Part shown: piece by piece, positions 57,889 through 64,000 of the stretch
Numbering within the stretch: position 1 is the first letter of the stretch
Layout: each line of letters opens with the position of its first letter
Source of the DNA: an uncultured Clostridia bacterium
GTDB lineage: Bacteria > Bacillota > Clostridia > TANB77 > CAG-508
Direction: 5' to 3'
Assembly: GCA_947627185.1 (NCBI GenBank)
Contig: CANQVF010000008.1
Location: forward strand, 6,403-70,402
DNA length: 64,000 nucleotides
Position numbers and translations under genes: made by a program
The notes under the pieces: model-generated
Database searches by the model: none
The model's input: the letters and a program-made list of their open reading frames with translations, nothing else
What the model was told of the DNA's origin: nothing

Positions 57889-59154
57889 TTATCTCTTTGC
57901 TTTCAAAAATTTTTCATATTGATAATTACTTTTTAAGTTTTTAGAAATCAATTCATTTATAAATTTTGTATCATAATATTTTTTTGCAATTTCTTTAAAT
58001 CTATCTTCACCTATAAATTGAAGTAAAGCAATAGGTGGAATCCAGTTAAAGCCTTCTGCCATGGCTGTATCACAATCAAATACGTTTTCTGCAATCTCTT
58101 TAGAGATTGATAAAGAATAAACTACATAATCTATTAAAAATCTTGTGTAAATCTCTGATTCAGTAGAACTATCTGATAAAATAATTTCTAATCCCTCTTC
58201 ATATTCCCCAATTTTAAATTTTTCTATTACTTTATCTATAAAATCTATTTTATAATTTCTCTTTTTTCTATATTCTTCTGTATTTATATCATACACTTCA
58301 TCATTATTTCTATATAATCCTTCTCCAGATTTTGTTCCATACCTACCATCTTCTATTAAATCTAATACATAATTTGGTAATTTAAATGTTTCATGTGCAT
58401 AATCATTTGTATTTTCATAAATATTATCCACAATTGCTCTATGAACATCCAATCCTACAAAATCTGCGGTTTCAAGTGGAGACATATTTCTTCCTGTAAA
58501 TTTTCCTAAAATTGTGTCTATATAATCTATTCCACCATTATCTTTATATTTTTCTGCATATTGCATAGCTTGATTAATAAACATGAAACCAATTCTATTT
58601 GCTAAAAATGCTGGCTTATCTTTAACAACTACTACTTTTCTAATAAGTACTTTAGCTAAATAATCTTTCATATAATTAAAAACAAAATTATCTGTATTTT
58701 TAGCTGGAATTAATTCACATAAAGGTAAACTATATGGTGGATTAAAAAAATGTATTCCCATAAAGTTTTTTCTATTTTCTTCATTATAGCAGTTTGATAA
58801 ATCATTTATTGATATTCCTGATGTAACAGATGAAGAAATAGCTCCTTTTTTTAAATATTTATCAATTTTTTTATGTATTTTTTCTTTTTCGTTAAAATCT
58901 TCAACAATTGTTTCGATAACAAAATCTGATTTTTTTAAACATTCTTCTAGATTTTCATATGTATAAGGTTTCATATTATCGCAAACTTTTAATGCTTTAA
59001 CAGAATTTCCTGCTTTTTCTATTGCAATTTCTGATTTTTCCATACTTCTTGAAATCATATTTACTTTTACATCTCCAAAAGAAGCAAAAATTGCAGAAAT
59101 TCCTACTCCTAAGGCTCCATTTGCACCAACAACTGTAATTTCTTTTATTTTCAT
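57889..59154 (-). CDS. 3-hydroxyacyl-CoA dehydrogenase family protein
   Basis: N-terminal Rossmann ITVVGANGALGVGI, and GIHFFNPP and PAFLANRI blocks. Confidence 0.7.
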   Translation of the reverse strand: MKIKEITVVGANGALGVGISAIFASFGDVKVNMISRSMEKSEIAIEKAGNSVKALKVCDNMKPYTYENLEECLKKSDFVIETIVEDFNEKEKIHKKIDKYLKKGAISSSVTSGISINDLSNCYNEENRKNFMGIHFFNPPYSLPLCELIPAKNTDNFVFNYMKDYLAKVLIRKVVVVKDKPAFLANRIGFMFINQAMQYAEKYKDNGGIDYIDTILGKFTGRNMSPLETADFVGLDVHRAIVDNIYENTNDYAHETFKLPNYVLDLIEDGRYGTKSGEGLYRNNDEVYDINTEEYRKKRNYKIDFIDKVIEKFKIGEYEEGLEIILSDSSTESEIYTRFLIDYVVYSLSISKEIAENVFDCDTAMAEGFNWIPPIALLQFIGEDRFKEIAKKYYDTKFINELISKNLKSNYQYEKFLKAKR

Positions 59155-59311
59155 TTATTTTCTCTCTTACTTTTTTATTAATTTATTTTAATAATTATAA
59201 CAAAAATTACATTAAAGCACATTAATTATAGCAGAAATTTTTTATATTTTCTACAATTTTATAAAGTTTTTTAATTATTATTGTTTTATTTATACGTTTT
59301 TTATAAAAAAA

Positions 59312-59346
59312 ATACCATATAAAGTAAAATTTACTTTATATGGTAT
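59312..59346 (-). terminator. Hairpin terminator (16-bp perfect stem)
   Basis: ataccatataaagtaa / ttactttatatggtat with a 3-nt loop, flanked by A/T runs. Confidence 0.6.
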
Positions 59347-59365
59347 AAAAAGCATTTTATCAATT

Positions 59366-59572
59366 TTATAATTTACTTCTATATTCTTGACTTACACTTA
59401 ATCCTTTATTTAAATTTAATTCTGACTTTTCTAAAACTCTATTTTGACTTGATATATAGGAGCATAAAATAAGTATAAAAACTATACTAACCCACATTAC
59501 TAATGATAATTCTTTTCCAATTTTTTCTATAAAATTATTGAAATGATTTTCCACAATATTTAATAATTCCAT
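59366..59572 (-). CDS. Small single-TM protein
   Basis: AAGGAG lies 7 nt upstream of the ATG. One TM helix. A terminator follows. Confidence 0.5.
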   Translation of the reverse strand: MELLNIVENHFNNFIEKIGKELSLVMWVSIVFILILCSYISSQNRVLEKSELNLNKGLSVSQEYRSKL

Positions 59573-59766
59573 TTTTTTGCTCCTTTATTTTTTCTTTTTA
59601 TCTTTAAAGTGACATCAATATATAGCTTATCTTTTAAAATAGCAATTACAGTTATATTACCTTTTTTTAATGCTTTCTAGGGAATACTGCTTTAGGCTTT
59701 TATTAAGTTTTTATTACATTGAAATTTTTTCTTATTTTTACAAAATTTGTATATATTATTTTTTAT

Positions 59767-60471
59767 TTATTCAACAAAATTATATGTTTCATCTGCACTT
59801 TCTAATCCATTTAAATTATAATAAGTTTCAGGCACTTCACCAACTATTATTGCTTCTGTAAGTAAAACATCTGAATCTATGTCCTTTCCAAAAGTTGCAA
59901 ATGGTGTAAGTATTCCCACTCTTGTATCTATATCTAAATATATCTTATGTAATGTTTGATTAATTCCTACAGCTTCAAATTCTGTTCTAACGTTAGCATC
60001 AATATTTCCAGCGCTTTCTAATTCTATTTCGAATTGTGGTTCTAAATTTTTTAAAATACTTATGCCACTCACAGAACCCATATTTATATATACATTTATT
60101 CTAGGAATCTTATCAAACTCTTTTTGAATATTTGAAACTATTTTATTAATTACTTCATTCATTTTTACACTATCTGTTTCTATAAAACTAATTTTTCCAT
60201 TGATATCTTTTTCTATTCTTATTAAACTTTCATAAGAATATTCTTTCATTACTTTTTGCACTTCATCACTTATAATTTTATTACCTTTAGATGCAGCAGT
60301 AGTTTCACATGTTGTTTTTAAAACAGGATATGAACTTCTCAAAAAAACAATTATAAAAATAATAATAGTGAAAAACATGATTAATAAAACAATTTTTATA
60401 CTATTAATTTCTCTTAATCTTTTAAAATTAGGCAATCTAATTCTTTTTCTTGAATATAATTTATCTTTCAT
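59767..60471 (-). CDS. yunB: Sporulation protein YunB
   Basis: N-terminal TM segment. The sequence, length and layout of the blocks IEKDINGKISFIETDSVKMN and NQTLHKIYLDIDTRVGILTPF match the YunB family. Confidence 0.7.
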   Translation of the reverse strand: MKDKLYSRKRIRLPNFKRLREINSIKIVLLIMFFTIIIFIIVFLRSSYPVLKTTCETTAASKGNKIISDEVQKVMKEYSYESLIRIEKDINGKISFIETDSVKMNEVINKIVSNIQKEFDKIPRINVYINMGSVSGISILKNLEPQFEIELESAGNIDANVRTEFEAVGINQTLHKIYLDIDTRVGILTPFATFGKDIDSDVLLTEAIIVGEVPETYYNLNGLESADETYNFVE

Positions 60472-60541
60472 TATATCTCCTAAATTTTATAAATATATAT
60501 AGTTACTTCCTTATTAAAATAAAAGGCGGTATTCCCGCCTT

Positions 60542-62017
60542 TTATCTAATAATATATAATCTATCTCCAACATTTATTTTATCAGGATTTTCAATATTAT
60601 TCACGCTAATAATGTCATTCATACAAACTCTAAAATTCTTTGCTATTTTCCATATTGTATCGCCCGGTTTTACAAAATACATACACATTTTATAATCATT
60701 TTCTTCTTCTAGTTCATTACATGTTACATTTTCAATTATGTTTATTTTCTTTAATGATGAATTATTTTTCTTATATAAAATATCTATATCACAATTTACA
60801 GTTTCATTATTAACTGTAAATTCTTTTTTCTTAAATACAAAATCCATTCCTTCTTCTATTTCATTTTTTATCATAAATGGTATATTAATAGTTTTAACAT
60901 TTAATCCATTTCTATTATCTGCTTCATAATAAATATTTAGTTCTAACTCGCATTCATGATTATAAAAATTTCCAGATTTATTTGTATTTATAATTTTAGA
61001 ACAACAATCTACATCTAAGATATTTAATATATCTTCTACTACAAAATTTTCATTTACATTTATAGTATCAGTTAGTTCCTGATTATTAGTTTCTACCTCT
61101 ATATCTCTTTTTGCAAAATCTATATTACTTTTTATTCCATACATATCTTGAATAACTTCAATAGTTTTGTTTTCAAATGCTTCACAAACAACTTCAAATT
61201 CTATTTGGCAAGAAACTGAATGCATTTCTTTTGAATTTAATTTAAACAGCATATTTCTAATATTATAATCAACATTACAAATATTTTTATCTGTTATTTT
61301 ATCCATATCTATAAAACTCATTATTGGAATAATAGAACTTGCTATTCCAATTCTTCCATCTTCTGCTAAAAAAATTATCTTTACATTCGCATCAGCTTTG
61401 GCTAAAACTTTATTAAAACTAATTTTATTTTCTAAATTTGATATTTCAACACTTGTTTTTAAAATTTCAGCGACTTCATAATTTGCATCTACAGATATAT
61501 CTTCCTTTATTGATGTTTTAGCTTTATTTGTGCCTACAATTGATTTTACATCTAATGTTTCTTTTAATTTTTGAATATCCTTTAATTCTTCAAAATTGCT
61601 ATTTATCTCTACTTCTGTTTTTTCATAAACTTCACTTTTTATTTTTACTGTTCCCTTTATTGAAATTTTTCTCTCATTTAAAACTTTAGCTTCTATATCT
61701 TCCAAAACTACTTTTTGTTTTGCAAAAGAATTTTCTGTAATTGCATTATCTTCTATATTTTCTGTTAATGTTAATGTAGTTTGAATACTTCTATTTTCTC
61801 CATTATCTGCAAGATATACAACATATGTATCTATATTACCTTCTATTCTAATTCTTCCTGTACTTATTTCTTCTTTATATATATAGGCAATTCCATTTGT
61901 ATTCACAATACTCACTATATCTGGCTTAATATCTGGAACGATTATATCTCCTGATACTTGAGCAATTTTAGTATTACTTGCTGTTTTTTTATTTATAGTG
62001 ATAATTTCTTTCTCCAT
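60542..62017 (-). CDS. DUF3794-type spore morphogenetic protein with a C-terminal LysM domain (SipL/SpoVID-like)
   Basis: C-terminal LysM YFVKPGDTIWKIAKNF...INVGDRLYI. The body is long and beta-rich. Neighbouring genes are sporulation-related. Confidence 0.55.
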   Translation of the reverse strand: MEKEIITINKKTASNTKIAQVSGDIIVPDIKPDIVSIVNTNGIAYIYKEEISTGRIRIEGNIDTYVVYLADNGENRSIQTTLTLTENIEDNAITENSFAKQKVVLEDIEAKVLNERKISIKGTVKIKSEVYEKTEVEINSNFEELKDIQKLKETLDVKSIVGTNKAKTSIKEDISVDANYEVAEILKTSVEISNLENKISFNKVLAKADANVKIIFLAEDGRIGIASSIIPIMSFIDMDKITDKNICNVDYNIRNMLFKLNSKEMHSVSCQIEFEVVCEAFENKTIEVIQDMYGIKSNIDFAKRDIEVETNNQELTDTINVNENFVVEDILNILDVDCCSKIINTNKSGNFYNHECELELNIYYEADNRNGLNVKTINIPFMIKNEIEEGMDFVFKKKEFTVNNETVNCDIDILYKKNNSSLKKINIIENVTCNELEEENDYKMCMYFVKPGDTIWKIAKNFRVCMNDIISVNNIENPDKINVGDRLYIIR

Positions 62018-62088
62018 AAAAAAATCCTCCTTAAATGATATCTATTAATACCACTATATGAGGAATATAAAAAAAAATTCCTAATATT

Positions 62089-62412
62089 TTAGGAATTTTC
62101 TATTAATGTAGCTTCTTGAGCTCTACTTTTCTTTACTTCTAGTTGTGGTTGTACTAATGGTTCATAAGTTTCGCCATTATACATACTAACTTCTACAGAC
62201 CTTGTAAATAAATCTGTATAATTATAAGATCCCACTCTGTTTGCCTCTTCAAATTTTACTCTAAAATAGCTATTATAAACATTTTCAATTGTTGCTAACT
62301 TTTCTTGAGGCTTACTTCTTTTTCCTGGTGATTCTTTTATAATAATTTTTTGTCCTATGTTTTCTCCAATATTTTTTCTTAAGTCTGCAATTTCAGATCT
62401 GTAAATTCCCAT
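62089..62412 (-). CDS. veg: Veg-family protein
   Basis: ...IADLRKNIGENIGQKIIIKE...TIENVYNSYFRVKF...SYNYTDLFTRSVEV aligns with B. subtilis Veg. Confidence 0.8.
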   Translation of the reverse strand: MGIYRSEIADLRKNIGENIGQKIIIKESPGKRSKPQEKLATIENVYNSYFRVKFEEANRVGSYNYTDLFTRSVEVSMYNGETYEPLVQPQLEVKKSRAQEATLIENS

Positions 62413-62448
62413 TTTCCAATCACCTACTTCTTTAGATTTGATGAATTT

Positions 62449-62477
62449 TTTATATCACGGATGAACTAAAAAGTCAA
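62449..62477 (-). promoter_or_regulatory. Sigma-A promoter candidate for veg
   Basis: On the minus strand: TTGACT, a 17-nt spacer ending in TGa, then TATAAA. Confidence 0.5.
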
Positions 62478-62606
62478 AAAAGCTGACTACATGTTCATAT
62501 CATATAATTAGCTTATTTCAATGGTTTTACAGTTTTTATTGTACTTTTTATCATTTTTGTTACATCTTTGTTTCAATTTGATTACAACGTGGTTTTGAAG
62601 TTGTTT

Positions 62607-62876
62607 CTAAGCTTTAAGTTGTTCTTTATTATGACTATATTTCAATTTTGTAGCCATACCTCCTCTTATATGTCTTTCTGCTTTATTTTTATCTAAAACT
62701 TTTCTAACTTCCATTGCTAATGGATAATTTATTTTGAGTAAACGTTGACTTACATCTTTATGTATACTACTTTTACTTATACCAAATTTTTTAGCAGCAC
62801 CTCTTACTGTATCTTCTGTTTCAATTATATATTGTGCAACAGCAATTGCACGTTCTTCTATTGATAAACCTTTCAT
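62607..62876 (-). CDS. spoIIID: Stage III sporulation protein D (transcription regulator)
   Basis: ...ERAIAVAQYIIETEDTVRGAAKKFGISKSSIHKDV...HIRGGMATKLKY aligns along the whole of B. subtilis SpoIIID. The ATG at 62876 is preferred over the track TTG. Confidence 0.9.
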   Translation of the reverse strand: MKGLSIEERAIAVAQYIIETEDTVRGAAKKFGISKSSIHKDVSQRLLKINYPLAMEVRKVLDKNKAERHIRGGMATKLKYSHNKEQLKA

Positions 62877-62941
62877 AATAAAGTAAACCTCCAAACGAAT
62901 AACTTTGTTAAAGTGTATTCATTTGAAGGTTGTACTAGAAC

Positions 62942-63352
62942 TTAATATTCTTCTATTTTTATATATAGTTTTTCTTCTTCGCTATATATTTTCTCTACAT
63001 TTAATTTTGTAATTTGATTATCATCTTTAAAAGCCATTTTATTTAACGCATCTAAAATTATTTTTACAACATTATCAATATCTGGTTTTTTTGTAGGACT
63101 TAATAATCCTTCTTCTATTAATTTTCTATTAGTTTTAGTAGTGTTTTTAGGAATTTTTAAATATATTTTAATTTCTACTGAAACTCTATTTTCAAAAGGA
63201 ATAAATCTTGGGTATTTAATTTTAAAATATTGCTTAATTAAATTTTCATAATCTTTTGTATTACTATCAGTATATACAATTCCAGTATAAGTATTTAATC
63301 TTGGTCTTGCTTTTCCCTTTATTTCTCCATCAACTTCAAATTCATATACCAT
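62942..63352 (-). CDS. rusA: RusA-family Holliday junction resolvase
   Basis: GKARPR, KPDIDNVVKIILDAL and FKDDNQI motifs. Confidence 0.8.
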   Translation of the reverse strand: MVYEFEVDGEIKGKARPRLNTYTGIVYTDSNTKDYENLIKQYFKIKYPRFIPFENRVSVEIKIYLKIPKNTTKTNRKLIEEGLLSPTKKPDIDNVVKIILDALNKMAFKDDNQITKLNVEKIYSEEEKLYIKIEEY

Positions 63353-63356
63353 ATTT

Positions 63357-64000
63357 TTATCCTCTGATTGTTAATTTTACATTATTATTTTTGGCTTCTA
63401 ATTTTGCATATCCACCAATTGGAAATGTAATTATAGGTGTTGAATGTCCAAAATCTACTCCTGCTATTACTGGAATATTTTCAAGTTCTGGTTTATTTTT
63501 TATTAATTTAATCCATTTTTCTCTATTCATCTCAGTTGCTTTTTGACTTCTTCCAATAACTATACCTTTTACTGTTTTAAATTCTGGCATATGAATTAAA
63601 CTTTGAAGATTTCTATCAAATTCCATTAAGAAAATTTTTCCTGCCATATCATCATCTTCTAAAAATAATACTTTATTTGCAATATTAGGCATAAATGGTG
63701 TTCCTTGTAATAAATTTAATGTGCAAAGATTTCCTCCAATTATATTTCCTTCTGCAGTTCCTTCATTTATTACAAAAATACCATCATTATCTATAAATTC
63801 TCTATTTTCTTGATCTGCAAACCAAGCATCATCACTCCATTTATTAGAAGCTACAATATCAAATTCTTCATCTTGAAAAAACATCTTTTTAAAGTATTCT
63901 AAAGAATATTCGAATCCTTTAAGCATTCCAAAACTAGAATAATGTGGTCCTGAATAAGTTACTAATCCTGTTTTTGCATGAATTGAATTTGATAATGCTG
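63357..64000 (-). CDS. LD-carboxypeptidase (S66 family); the 5' end is outside the window
   Basis: The frame stays open upstream of the track ATG to the window edge. C-terminal GVDFGHSTPIITFPIGG block. Confidence 0.75.
   Translation of the reverse strand, partial: ALSNSIHAKTGLVTYSGPHYSSFGMLKGFEYSLEYFKKMFFQDEEFDIVASNKWSDDAWFADQENREFIDNDGIFVINEGTAEGNIIGGNLCTLNLLQGTPFMPNIANKVLFLEDDDMAGKIFLMEFDRNLQSLIHMPEFKTVKGIVIGRSQKATEMNREKWIKLIKNKPELENIPVIAGVDFGHSTPIITFPIGGYAKLEAKNNNVKLTIRG

Noticed and set aside
59670-59861. 63-aa plus-strand ORF upstream of and overlapping the 3' end of yunB.
   Set aside because: It has no RBS and a Leu/Phe/Tyr-rich low-complexity translation, and it overlaps the yunB 3' end in antisense.
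1-64000. CRISPR arrays, rRNA or tRNA genes, IS elements with terminal repeats, prophage blocks and recognisable defence systems (R-M, Abi, CBASS and similar).
   Set aside because: I found no regularly spaced direct repeats, no conserved rRNA or tRNA motifs, and no integrase, transposase (other than the Rpn-type nuclease) or phage structural genes while reading the ORFs and intergenic regions. RusA is isolated, with no phage context.

Overview
This looks like a chromosomal segment from a very AT-rich, endospore-forming Firmicute (Clostridia-like). G+C was judged by eye only and not computed. Most genes lie on the minus strand.

Sporulation genes: spoVAC-spoVAD-spoVAE, spoIIID, yunB, veg, a SipL/SpoVID-like DUF3794+LysM protein, and two SpoVB/MurJ-type flippases, one of them frameshifted.

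Housekeeping genes: infC-rpmI-rplT, rplM-rpsI, hup, purB, ruvA, rarA, lspA, two pseudouridine synthases and an SSB-like gene.

Accessory content:
1. A type IV pilus assembly operon (pilMN, pilO, pilin-like ORFs, pilC). It has only degenerate prepilin N-termini, and no ATPase or prepilin peptidase lies in the window.
2. A sortase-dependent pilus operon organised like the streptococcal FCT locus. It holds two T-antigen-like pilins, a signal-peptidase-like protein lacking the catalytic Lys, a class B sortase, a PMP-repeat beta-helix surface protein and an embedded DivIVA-like gene. A 17-nt homopolymer lies upstream.
3. A partly decayed polysaccharide locus: a GT11 fragment next to an Rpn-type nuclease, GT2, an FrhB-like protein with a pyruvyl transferase, GT4, a tandem-fused double phosphoglycosyl transferase and a frameshifted flippase.
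4. A MurD-like ligase outside any dcw context, paired with a ~450-aa PP-loop protein (candidate MurD2/MurL route).
5. Four short single-gene islands that are visibly richer in G+C than their surroundings, each with its own promoter and/or terminator.
6. An orphan membrane-anchored TraG/TraD-type coupling protein and a replication-relaxation-family protein, which flank the G+C-rich purB.
7. A ~162-bp element with 38-bp inverted arms in a divergent promoter region.

I saw no rRNA, tRNA or CRISPR array. Functional calls come from motif recognition in the translated ORFs; no database search was run.
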